From assembly GCA_036504355.1 (NCBI GenBank), contig DASXVG010000141.1, positions 5,650-69,649 of the forward strand: 64,000 nt of DNA, read 5' to 3'. The translations under genes and the position numbers were made by a program. The notes under the pieces were generated by a model. The model did no database searches and was not told the DNA's origin. It worked only from the letters and a program-made list of their open reading frames with translations. Source of the stretch: Candidatus Limnocylindrales bacterium (GTDB lineage: Bacteria; Chloroflexota; Limnocylindria; Limnocylindrales; CSP1-4). Positions within the stretch are counted from its first letter, which is position 1. Every line of letters begins with the position of its first letter. This document shows positions 1 to 8,453 of the stretch, piece after piece.

Positions 1-265
1 GCGGGATCAGGAACGGATCTGCGATGTAGCCGCCCGTGATGCTCAGGACGACGATGCACCCGGCGGTCACCCAGTGCGTGAGCCGCACCGGGACCTGCCA
101 GACGTACAGGCGCACGCGCTCGTCGGGGCGGTCGATCTCGTGGGTGTCGTGGGTCTCGATCGCCGCGCCGGGCGTCGGCTCCGGCGAGGCCTGCGGGAGC
201 GGGAGCTGCGGGGCCGCAATCGCCTCGGCCATGGGCACCGCCACGGGCTCCTCGACGGCTGTCAT
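1..265 (-). CDS. hyaC: Ni/Fe-hydrogenase b-type cytochrome subunit, N-terminal part (runs off the window's left edge)
   Basis: Reverse translation gives MTAVEEPV...ERVRLYVWQVPVRLTHWVTAGCIVVLSITGGYIADPFLIP, the HyaC/HupC first-helix motif with the heme His. The ATG overlaps the large-subunit stop (ATGA). Confidence 0.88.
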   Translation of the reverse strand, partial: MTAVEEPVAVPMAEAIAAPQLPLPQASPEPTPGAAIETHDTHEIDRPDERVRLYVWQVPVRLTHWVTAGCIVVLSITGGYIADPFLIP

Positions 266-2031
266 CGGGTCCCCTCCGCCGCGTGGACGCGGATGTCGAA
301 CGGGCCCGTGCCGTCCGGATCGAATGCGTGGACGGCGCAGGTCGGGCAGGGGTTGAAGGAATGGACCACCCGCAGGACCTCGAGCGGCCGGGTTGGATCG
401 GCGACGGGCGTCCCGGCGAGCGCGGTCTCGAGCGGTCCTCGCGTGCCGAGCACGTCGCGCGGCGACAGGTTCCAGGTGGAGCCGTCGACGACCTGGTAGC
501 GCTCCACGACCTTGTTGGCGATGCCCACCCAGTGGGCGACGGACCCGCGCGGGCCCTCGCCGACCGACCAGCCGTCGGCGCCCTGGGGCCACGACTCCGG
601 GTCCCAGCTCGTGATGTCGGCGACGGACACGTCGCCGGTCGCCAGGCTCGACTTCAGCTCCCACACCCAGCTGTCGGCCCGCCTGATCACCGCCTGCGCC
701 TCCACGGCGCGGGCGAGCGTCCGGCCCAGCACGCTCGGCAGCACGTCGACGCCGCGACCGAGCGCGGTGAGCAGCTCGCCGAGCGGGGTCGTCAGCGCGT
801 CGCGGCCATCCGCGTGTGCGATCAGGACCCGGGCGAGCGGCCCCGTCTCCATCGGCTGGCCGTCGTATCGGGCGGCCTTGATCCAGGTGTAGCGGCCGTC
901 GGCCGACAGTTGGCCCAGCGGCAGCGGCGCATCGAACGCCGGCGTCGTCTGACCCTTCGCCGGGACCCGCAGGTCGGCGGCATCGACCTCGTCCCCATAC
1001 CACGCGTGGATCACGGACTCCCCGACGGCATCGGGATCGGCTCCGTTGACCCGGGCGAGGTTTCCGCCAACGAGACGGCCGGCCGGCAGGTAGCGCGGTC
1101 CGTCCAGCTCGTCGCTCTCCGGGAGGTCGCCCCAGGAGAGGTAGTTGCCCGGTCCCGCGCCGATGCTCCCCCACTCCCGGTAGGCCCCCGCGAGCAGGCG
1201 AACGTCCGGCAGGTACACCCCGTTGACGTACGCGGCCGCCGCGCCGATGGACGCGTCAAGGAGGGCGAGCCCGTCCGCGCTCAGCGGGTTGGGGGCGTTG
1301 CGGTCGGGGATCTCCGGGTGGCCCCGGTTGCTGCGGGCAGTGGGGCCGCCCCACGGCGGCGCGAGCGCCATCCCGCCGACGAGGTAGGTCTGCGGGTGCG
1401 GGTCCTTGCCGCCGAGCAGCGCGTGGATCCGCATGAGCTGGCGCTGCCAGTCGAGCGCCTCGACGGCGTGCGCAAGGAGCAGGAGGCTCTGCTCGGGGCT
1501 CAGCGCGTATGCCGGGTGCCCGGACCACGGGCTCGTGAACGGGCCCGGGCCCGACGCCGCCGAGGCGGCGAACCGGTCGCGGGCGGCGGTCATCGCGTCG
1601 GTCGTGGACGACGGCCAGTCCGAGATCGAGCGGCCGAGGCGCGCCGTCGCGGACGGATCCGCCTTGAGCGCCTGCGTGACGTCGACCCAGTCGGGCAGCC
1701 CCGCCTGGTAGAACGTCAGGACGTGGTCGCGGACGAGGCCGGTCGAGGCCAGCAGGTTGCGCAGGATCCGGGCGTTGGCCGGGATGCGCACGCGCAGCGC
1801 CCGCTCCACGGCACGCACGGACGCGAGCCCGTGGACGCCCGTGCACGTCCCGCAGATACGGTTCGCCAGGAGCCACACCTCGCGCGGATCGCGGCCGCGG
1901 AGCACGGTCTCGAGGCCGCGGAACATCGTGGCGGATGCCAGGGCGTCGGTCACGGCGCCGCCGTCGACGTCCACCTCGACCCGCAGCTGGCCGTTGACTC
2001 GGGTGACGGGATCCACGACCAGGCGGCTCAT
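262..2031 (-). CDS. hyaB: [NiFe]-hydrogenase large subunit, group 1-like, with atypical active-site residues
   Basis: L1 RICGTC, L2 NPCPTCAVH plus a C-terminal extension, FRGLE, PHPQ, GPRG..HW, WNLSPRD. Confidence 0.95.
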   Translation of the reverse strand: MSRLVVDPVTRVNGQLRVEVDVDGGAVTDALASATMFRGLETVLRGRDPREVWLLANRICGTCTGVHGLASVRAVERALRVRIPANARILRNLLASTGLVRDHVLTFYQAGLPDWVDVTQALKADPSATARLGRSISDWPSSTTDAMTAARDRFAASAASGPGPFTSPWSGHPAYALSPEQSLLLLAHAVEALDWQRQLMRIHALLGGKDPHPQTYLVGGMALAPPWGGPTARSNRGHPEIPDRNAPNPLSADGLALLDASIGAAAAYVNGVYLPDVRLLAGAYREWGSIGAGPGNYLSWGDLPESDELDGPRYLPAGRLVGGNLARVNGADPDAVGESVIHAWYGDEVDAADLRVPAKGQTTPAFDAPLPLGQLSADGRYTWIKAARYDGQPMETGPLARVLIAHADGRDALTTPLGELLTALGRGVDVLPSVLGRTLARAVEAQAVIRRADSWVWELKSSLATGDVSVADITSWDPESWPQGADGWSVGEGPRGSVAHWVGIANKVVERYQVVDGSTWNLSPRDVLGTRGPLETALAGTPVADPTRPLEVLRVVHSFNPCPTCAVHAFDPDGTGPFDIRVHAAEGTR

Positions 2032-3218
2032 GCGTCCGTCTCCGGCCCGGCGGGCGGCTGGTCGGGGGGCGCCACCTCGGCGGCGTCGACGCCGCCCGTC
2101 ACGACGGTCTCCGCGTCGCCAGCGAGATCGGCGTCTGCGGCGCGTCGTGCGACCCGCTCACGGTACTTCGAGCGCGTCGCCATCCCTGCCCCGTGCGCCA
2201 CGGCGACCGCGCCGATGCCGCCGACCAGCACCGCGCCGACCGTGTCGACGGTGAGGCTCGGGAAGAACGGCACCGGGGATCCGAGACGCCGGTAGGCCGG
2301 CGTGTACCCGTCCCAGAAGTTCGGCGCGAAGCAGCCCACGCACCCGTGGCCCGCCCTCACGTTCCAGCTCACGCCGGCGCCGTAGCGGACCGTCGGGCAG
2401 TTGCCCATCGTCTCCGGGCCCTTGCAGCCGACCTTGTACAGGCACCAGCCCTTCTGGGCGCCCTCGTCGCCCCACGCGAGCGCGAACTCCCCGAACTCGA
2501 AGTGCGGCCGCCGCTCGCACTGGTTGTGGATGAGCGACCCGTAGAACGCGAGCGGCCGGCCCATCATGTCGGCCGGCGGGAAGTCGCCGAACGTGACGTA
2601 GTGGACGATGGTCGCGGCCAGGTTGGCCGCGTTCACCGGGCAGCCGGGCAGCATCACGGTGCGCGAGTCGCCCGTGACGGACCGCACGCCCTCGGCATCG
2701 GTCGTCCCGCCGTTCGCTCCGGGTGCGCCGCCATCGAACGCGCACGAGCCGAGCGCGATCGTCACGATCGCGCCATCGCAGACCTCTCGAGCCACGTCGG
2801 CGAAGGGTCGACCGCCCACGAGGCACGACGACCCGCCACCGGCCTTGGGCACCGACCCCTCGATCACGGCGAGGTAGCCGTTCGGGAACCGCTCCATCGC
2901 CGACTGCATCGCGAGCCCCGCGTCGGCGCCCGTGGCCGTCATCAGGGTCTCGTGGTAGTCGATCGCGAGGACCTCGAGCAGGAGGTTCGCGGTCGTCGGG
3001 TCGGCGGCCCGGAGGAGCGCCTCGGTGTTGCCGCCGCATGCCTGGCCGCGGAGCCAGATCACCGGGATCCGGGGCGCCTGCTCCACGGCCCGGGCGATCG
3101 TCGGCCCGTACGCCGCAGGAAGGGCGAGCGCGGCCGCCATCGCGGAGGAGAACTTGAGGAAGGTGCGACGGGACATCCCGCGGCGCACGAGCGCTGCGTA
3201 CAGCCCATCCTCACCCAT
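2028..3218 (-). CDS. hyaA: [NiFe]-hydrogenase small subunit with Tat signal and C-terminal membrane anchor
   Basis: SRRTFLKF twin-arginine motif, CGGN, GSCA, PGCP, IHNQCERR, CLYKVGCKGP, NCP, GHGCVGC and a C-terminal hydrophobic helix. Confidence 0.95.
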   Translation of the reverse strand: MGEDGLYAALVRRGMSRRTFLKFSSAMAAALALPAAYGPTIARAVEQAPRIPVIWLRGQACGGNTEALLRAADPTTANLLLEVLAIDYHETLMTATGADAGLAMQSAMERFPNGYLAVIEGSVPKAGGGSSCLVGGRPFADVAREVCDGAIVTIALGSCAFDGGAPGANGGTTDAEGVRSVTGDSRTVMLPGCPVNAANLAATIVHYVTFGDFPPADMMGRPLAFYGSLIHNQCERRPHFEFGEFALAWGDEGAQKGWCLYKVGCKGPETMGNCPTVRYGAGVSWNVRAGHGCVGCFAPNFWDGYTPAYRRLGSPVPFFPSLTVDTVGAVLVGGIGAVAVAHGAGMATRSKYRERVARRAADADLAGDAETVVTGGVDAAEVAPPDQPPAGPETDA

Positions 3219-3496
3219 CGCGTCACCATGTGCGGCATGTCACGGTGGGCGGGTGCCGCGGGGGCCCCACATCGGCCGTGACGAGATCGGGGGACGCTGG
3301 TGACCATGATCGGCCACCCCCGGGGGTGCGCCACGGGCCATCCGTCGCTGGCGGGGGTGTCCCCGGGCACCGTCCGAGGGTGCGCTTGGGACCGGGTGGC
3401 CCTCCCTCCGGGCCTCCGCGACCGGGTCCGATGGCCCTCCGCGGGCGTGTCCTCGCCTGGACGGGGGCGGGTGCGGGCGGGTGCGGGATCCCGGCG

Positions 3497-3748
3497 TCAG
3501 TCGCGGGTGCGGTCGCGGTCCCCCGCCGGCGGGCGGTTCGCGAGCGCCTGCTTCGCGTTGAAGTCGATGAACGGGATCAGGAGCGGGACGGCACACAGGC
3601 CGGCCACGAGGAGCGGCAGGAACACGAGCAGGAGGCCGCCAGCGACGCTCGCGAAGCCAAGCTGGATGAGGATCGACCCGGTCAGCAGGTACGCGGCCAG
3701 ACCCACGGGTACTGCGAGCACGAGGAGGAGGATCCGGCCGATGGGCAT
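3497..3748 (-). CDS. Small hypothetical membrane protein (2 TM)
   Basis: MPIGRILLLVLAVPVGLAAYLL... has two long hydrophobic stretches and host-like codon usage. Confidence 0.65.
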   Translation of the reverse strand: MPIGRILLLVLAVPVGLAAYLLTGSILIQLGFASVAGGLLLVFLPLLVAGLCAVPLLIPFIDFNAKQALANRPPAGDRDRTRD

Positions 3749-3774
3749 GGGCCAAGGGTACCCGTCACGTCGGA

Positions 3775-3999
3775 TCAGCCGAACCAGGTCCGCGCGTCCT
3801 CCTCGGTGACCTCGGGCATCAGGAGCAGCGACCGAGTGGCATCGACGGTGAGCGACGTGCGGCGCTCCACCAGCGCCGCGATGCGGTCGGGGTCGTCGCG
3901 GCACCGGCGGAGCGCGGCGCGGTCGATGCGCGGCCACAGGGACAGGGCCCGGCGTTCGAGACGCACGGTGCCGGCCGGGAAGGGGTTCGGGATGCCCAT
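3775..3999 (-). CDS. Small hypothetical protein, possibly CsbD/YjbJ-like helical fold
   Basis: 74 aa; LWPRIDRAAL...DRIAALVERRT pattern; host-like codons. Confidence 0.55.
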   Translation of the reverse strand: MGIPNPFPAGTVRLERRALSLWPRIDRAALRRCRDDPDRIAALVERRTSLTVDATRSLLLMPEVTEEDARTWFG

Positions 4000-4084
4000 G
4001 CGTGCGACCTCCGCTACGTGCCCCGCATGGTCCTCCTGCGGCCGTTACCGTTCAAGCCCGCATTCGATAAAGACCGGTCAACAG

Positions 4085-4135
4085 TTGGCGTGGCGGCGCC
4101 TTCAGGCGCACTTGGCGTGGGGCGCCTTCAGGCGC
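4085..4135. repeat. Two-copy tandem repeat (about 25 bp), each copy carrying a GCGCC-TTCA-GGCGC hairpin
   Basis: ttggcgtggcggcgccttcaggcgc (4085-4109) and ttggcgtggggcgccttcaggcgc (4112-4135). Confidence 0.6.
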
Positions 4136-4517
4136 GCTTGCCGGTGTCGTCGGCTGCGCGCGACGCAGCCTCGCGGTAGCGGTTGTGGGCCTCAAGCTCG
4201 GTCACGTCCGCGACGGCGGAGTCCGACTCGGCATCCGCGGCATCGGCCACGGTCGCCGTGGCAACGACCCGCGCCGCCGCCGCGGTCCTGGCGGCCGACT
4301 CCTGGGCCAGGCTCGCGGCGGCCTGGGCGGCCTTCGCCGCCTCGGCGGTCGCATTGGCGGCGGCGACGGCCTCGCTCGCAGCGGCGACGGCCGCGTCGGC
4401 CGCCACCCTGCCCCGGCGGGCGACCGCCGCAGCCTGCTCGGCGGCCCGCCACTGGGCGAGCGCCTCGGCGGTCGTGGGAAGTCTCTCGCTGGACAATTCG
4501 TCCTCCATCGCAGGCAT
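4128..4517 (-). CDS. Ala-rich predicted coiled-coil hypothetical protein
   Basis: MPAMEDELSSERLPTTAEALAQWRAAEQAAA...; continuous Ala-rich helix. Confidence 0.7.
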   Translation of the reverse strand: MPAMEDELSSERLPTTAEALAQWRAAEQAAAVARRGRVAADAAVAAASEAVAAANATAEAAKAAQAAASLAQESAARTAAAARVVATATVADAADAESDSAVADVTELEAHNRYREAASRAADDTGKRA

Positions 4518-4620
4518 GTCGCGCGGGTTCGCGGGACGCCTGGTCGCGTACAGCCTGACCCTTCTGGCCACGCCGTCAAGGACCGTCGACCGCTCGATCC
4601 CGCGGCGCGGGCAGACGAAA

Positions 4621-4645
4621 GCCCCTCCGGATCGCCCGGAGGGGC
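4621..4645 (-). terminator. Intrinsic terminator downstream of tRNA-Lys
   Basis: gcccctccgg/ccggaggggc stem followed by TTTCGT on the minus strand. Confidence 0.65.
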
Positions 4646-4664
4646 CTGTTCGTGCGTGCAGAGC

Positions 4665-4739
4665 TGGTGAGCCGGGAGGGATTCGAACCCTCAACCTAAT
4701 GATTAAGAGTCATTTGCTCTGCCGTTGAGCTACCGGCCC
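4665..4739 (-). tRNA. tRNA-Lys (CTT)
   Basis: GGGCCGGTAGCTCAACGGCAGAGC...AATGA-CT-CTT-AA-TCATT...GGTTCGAATCC...ACCA cloverleaf. Confidence 0.97.
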
Positions 4740-4801
4740 GCGGGCATTCTACCGAATGACCCGCCCAAGCGCGGCTCGTCGCGTCCGGGCGTCGTCCTGC
4801 G

Positions 4802-5683
4802 TCAGCCGCCGAACGTGTCGCAGGCGGCCGGATCGCCGGACTTGAACCCGGTGTTGAACCACTGGGAGCGCTGGGCGGCCGAGCCGTGGGTCCACGTCTC
4901 GGGATTGACGGTGACGCCCGCGCTCGCCTGGATCCGGTCGTCACCGACGGCCTGGGCCGCGCCGAGGCCCTCCTCGATGTCGCCGGGCTCGAGATCGCCC
5001 TGCTGGTAGACCGACTGGGCCCAGACGCCCGCAAGGCAGTCCGCCTGGAGCTCCATCTTGACGGACAGCTCGTTCTGGCGGCTCGGGTCCTGCTGCTGGA
5101 GCTGGCGGACCTGCTCCTCGATGCCGGTCATCTTCTGGACGTGGTGGCCGATCTCGTGCGCGATGACGTACGCCTGTGCGAAGTCGCCCGGCGCGCCGAA
5201 CCGGTCACGCAGCTCCTGGAAGAAGTCGGTGTCGAGGTAGACCTTCTGGTCCGCCGGGCAGTAGAACGGACCGGTTGCGGCGCTCGCCGGGCCACAGCCC
5301 GACTGGGTCGAGCCGCTGAACAGCACCATATCGGCGCGGACGTACTGCTGCCCCGCGCGCTTGAACGTGTCCGCCCACAGGTCGTTGGCGTCGTTGAGCA
5401 CGTAGCCCATGAACTGGACCAAGTCGCCGTTGTTGGTCAGGTCCACGGACGAGCCCGGGTCCACGGCCGGCTGGCCGCCGAGGCCGTCCAGGCTGCTGCC
5501 GATGGAACCGCCGCCGCCGAAGAACTGGAGGGCAAGGAAGATCAGGAAGATGACGATCCCGCCGCCCCCGAGACCGGCGGGAATGGGGATGCCGCCGCCC
5601 ATCCCGCCCATGCCGAACCCGCCCGAGCTCCCTTGGGCGCGTCGATCCTCGATCCCCGCCGTCCTGCCACGTGACCATCGCAT
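4802..5683 (-). CDS. Neutral zinc metallopeptidase (YpfJ-like)
   Basis: N-terminal EDRR motif and Gly-rich TM, GPFYCPAD, AHEIGHHVQ (HExxH), ELQADCLAG, HGSAAQR. Confidence 0.93.
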   Translation of the reverse strand: MRWSRGRTAGIEDRRAQGSSGGFGMGGMGGGIPIPAGLGGGGIVIFLIFLALQFFGGGGSIGSSLDGLGGQPAVDPGSSVDLTNNGDLVQFMGYVLNDANDLWADTFKRAGQQYVRADMVLFSGSTQSGCGPASAATGPFYCPADQKVYLDTDFFQELRDRFGAPGDFAQAYVIAHEIGHHVQKMTGIEEQVRQLQQQDPSRQNELSVKMELQADCLAGVWAQSVYQQGDLEPGDIEEGLGAAQAVGDDRIQASAGVTVNPETWTHGSAAQRSQWFNTGFKSGDPAACDTFGG

Positions 5684-5791
5684 GGCGTGATGATGCCCGA
5701 TGCCGCGTTGCAGCGACACCCCTGCCAGACCAAGAAGCCATCACAACGTGCAGCGGGCGCGCTGGTGATCGGACCGGATCGTGCCCCGTGG

Positions 5792-6289
5792 TCAGCCCGC
5801 GCGGAGCGGCTTGACCATCGTCTCTGCGACGCGGGCATAGCCCAGGCGCTCGTACAGGCGGCGGCCGCCCTCGTTGGGCGTCGCCACGTCCAGGTCGAGG
5901 ACATCGAGGCCCCGGTCACGGGCCCAGCGCTCCGCGGCCCGCATGAGCGCCGACCCGATCCCCTGCCCGCGCCAGCCCTCCAGCACGGCGATCCCGATCG
6001 ACGCGCTGGCGCGCGGCACCCGCATCGATCCCGGCGAGCGTCGTCGACCGCCGATCGCGTCGAGCTGGCCGACCACGACCCCGTCGACCTCCGCGACGAG
6101 GTGCAGGTCCTCCTCCTCGGCCGCCTCGAGCTCGGCGGCGAACCGGGCGTGCACGGCCGCACGCTCGGGGACGCGGTACTCGGCCGGGTCGAGCGCCGCG
6201 TGATGCCGCGCAAGCGACAGGTAGATCTCCGCGAGCGCGGGGATGTCGCCCGATCGCGTTGACCTGATGAGGAGCGTGTGGTCGGCCAT
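5792..6289 (-). CDS. GNAT family N-acetyltransferase
   Basis: IAVLEGWRGQGIGSALM motif A; RLYERLGY. Confidence 0.9.
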   Translation of the reverse strand: MADHTLLIRSTRSGDIPALAEIYLSLARHHAALDPAEYRVPERAAVHARFAAELEAAEEEDLHLVAEVDGVVVGQLDAIGGRRRSPGSMRVPRASASIGIAVLEGWRGQGIGSALMRAAERWARDRGLDVLDLDVATPNEGGRRLYERLGYARVAETMVKPLRAG

Positions 6290-6290
6290 C

Positions 6291-7799
6291 TCAGGCGGGC
6301 TGATTGTCGATCTGGGCACGCTGGAGCCGGCCTGAGAAGTCGACGTAGATCGCCTTCCACTCGGTGAACGTGTCGAGCGCGACGTGGCCCGCCTCGCGGT
6401 GCCCATTGCCGGTGTCCTTCCAGCCGCCGAACGGCAGGTGCGTCTCGGCGCCGGTCGTGCCGGCATTGATGTACACGATCCCCGTCTCGAAATCGCGCAT
6501 CGCCCGGAATGCCGTGTTGACGTCGCGCGTGAACACGCTCGCCGAGAGGCCGTACTTGACCTGGTTCGCGGCCGTCATCGCCTCGTCGTAGCCGTCGACC
6601 GGGATGACCGAGAGCACGGGCCCGAAGATCTCCTCCTGGGCGATCGTCGCCATCGGCTCGACCCCGTGGAAGATGGTGGGGGCGAAGAAGTGGCCGCGGG
6701 CCAGCTCGCCGTCCGTGGCCCGGACCCCGCCGATGACGAGCTCGCCCTCGCTGCGGCCAATCTCGACGTAGCGCTCGACCTTGTCCGCGGCAGGGGCGTT
6801 GACGAGCGGCCCCACGTCCACGGTCTCGTCGAGGCCCGAGCCGAGCTTGAGGTTGCGTGCGCGCGCCTCCAGTCGAGCGACGAGGTCGTCCGCCACGGCC
6901 CGGTCCACGATGACCCGCGAGCACGCCGTGCAGCGCTGGCCCGTCGTCCCGAACGCGGACCACAGGATCCCGTCCGTCGCGAGGTCGAGGTCGGCGTCCT
7001 TGAGCACCACGACGGCGTTCTTGCCGCCAAGCTCGAGGCTGAGGCGCTTGAGGCGGCGACCCGCGCGCTCCCCGATCGCCCTGCCCGTCGCGGAGCTACC
7101 GGTGAACGAGACGACGCGCACGTCGGGGTTGTCCACGATCGCGTTCCCGACGTCGCTTCCGGCGCCGGTCACCAGGTTGACGACTCCCGGCGGGAAGCCC
7201 GCCTCGTCGATGAGCTCGACGAGCAGCGTCGCGCACAGCGGCGAGTCGGAGCTGGGCTTGAACACGACGGTGTTGCCGGCGACGAGCGCCGGCATCATCT
7301 TCCAGCACGGGATCGCCATCGGGAAGTTCCAGGGCGTGACGATCCCGGCGATGCCCAGCGGCTGGCGGATGCTCATCGCCCACTTGTCGGGGAGCTCCGA
7401 GGGCACCGTGTCCCCCGACATCCGCCGTCCCTCGCCCGCCATGAGGAACGCGATGTCGATTCCCTCCTGGACATCACCGCGCGCCTCAGCGAGGACCTTG
7501 CCCATCTCGCGGGTCATCGCCCGGGCGAGGCGCTCCTTGTGCTGGGCCATCAGCGCGCCGAAGCGGTACAGGACCTCGCCGCGCTTGGGGGCGGGCGTCG
7601 CCTTCCATGCGGGGCTCGCGATGTCGGCGGCGCGGACGGCCATCGCGACGTCCGCCGGGGCCCCCGCCTGGAACCGCCCGACGACGTCGCGCGTGTCGGC
7701 CGGGTTGACGCTCTCGAAGGTGCCGCCGCCCACGGCGTCCACCCAGCGCCCGGCGATGAACAGCTGGTACGTGGTCGGGTCGGCGGCGACCTCGGTCAT
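6291..7799 (-). CDS. NAD(P)-dependent aldehyde dehydrogenase
   Basis: TPWNFP, FTGS, LELGGKN, GQRCTA (catalytic Cys), EEIFGPV, LPFGG. Confidence 0.96.
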   Translation of the reverse strand: MTEVAADPTTYQLFIAGRWVDAVGGGTFESVNPADTRDVVGRFQAGAPADVAMAVRAADIASPAWKATPAPKRGEVLYRFGALMAQHKERLARAMTREMGKVLAEARGDVQEGIDIAFLMAGEGRRMSGDTVPSELPDKWAMSIRQPLGIAGIVTPWNFPMAIPCWKMMPALVAGNTVVFKPSSDSPLCATLLVELIDEAGFPPGVVNLVTGAGSDVGNAIVDNPDVRVVSFTGSSATGRAIGERAGRRLKRLSLELGGKNAVVVLKDADLDLATDGILWSAFGTTGQRCTACSRVIVDRAVADDLVARLEARARNLKLGSGLDETVDVGPLVNAPAADKVERYVEIGRSEGELVIGGVRATDGELARGHFFAPTIFHGVEPMATIAQEEIFGPVLSVIPVDGYDEAMTAANQVKYGLSASVFTRDVNTAFRAMRDFETGIVYINAGTTGAETHLPFGGWKDTGNGHREAGHVALDTFTEWKAIYVDFSGRLQRAQIDNQPA

Positions 7800-7894
7800 C
7801 GGGCGGCTCCTCGGGCGTGCGGCGGCGGGCGGATTGCGGCCATACTCCGGGCACCGCGCCGGGCCGTCAAACCGGTCCCGCCAGCCATCGACCG

Positions 7895-8164
7895 ATGCCC
7901 GAGCCCGTCGTCTCCGCCCCGCTCACGATCATCGAGCCGGCCGTCCCGGCGGCACCGTCCCCGGGCGGCGCCATCGTGCCGGAGCCGGTGCGCGAGGCCG
8001 CGCGGCGGCTCCTTGCCGCCGACGGCCGGGAGTTCGTGCTCCAGCCGTGGCAGGTCGCGTGGCTCGTCGCCACGAGCGAGGGTCGCGAGGGCGTCGTTCC
8101 GCTCGGCTGCGGCGTCGGCAAGGGCTGGCTCCAGGCCCGCCTCGACGAGGTGCTCGAGGGCTGA
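7895..8164 (+). CDS. Small hypothetical protein resembling a helicase/terminase Q-motif plus Walker A fragment
   Basis: LQPWQ...GVVPLGCGVGKG; host-like codon usage. Confidence 0.5.
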   Translation: MPEPVVSAPLTIIEPAVPAAPSPGGAIVPEPVREAARRLLAADGREFVLQPWQVAWLVATSEGREGVVPLGCGVGKGWLQARLDEVLEG

Positions 8165-8177
8165 ACCGGCGGGCTGA

Positions 8178-8336
8178 TCAGGTGGGGTCGGCGCTCACGC
8201 GCAGTCGCTCGAGCAGCGCCTTGACCACCTCCAGCTCGTCGGCTTCGTCCTTGCCCAGGATCGAGCGCAGGAGGCGCAGGGCCGCGGTCACGACCGCACG
8301 CTCGTCGGGGGTCAGGTGGAGGATCGTCTTCGTCAT
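8178..8336 (-). CDS. Small hypothetical protein (52 aa)
   Basis: MTKTILHLTPDERAVVTAALRLLRSILGKDEADELEVVKALLERL; amphipathic helices, strong GC3. Confidence 0.65.
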   Translation of the reverse strand: MTKTILHLTPDERAVVTAALRLLRSILGKDEADELEVVKALLERLRVSADPT

Positions 8337-8453
8337 CGACGTCGCCTCGCAGATGGCTGCCACCCGGTGGTGATAGGGGCCGGCCGCATGGCCGGCGGGG
8401 CCGTGCCCCATCCTCCCGCGGCGCGATGCGCGCCGCCAGTGCCGCTGCGCCCG

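Noticed and set aside
262-2031. [NiFeSe] hydrogenase or selenocysteine recoding
   Set aside because: Both L2 Cys are TGC and there is no in-frame TGA.
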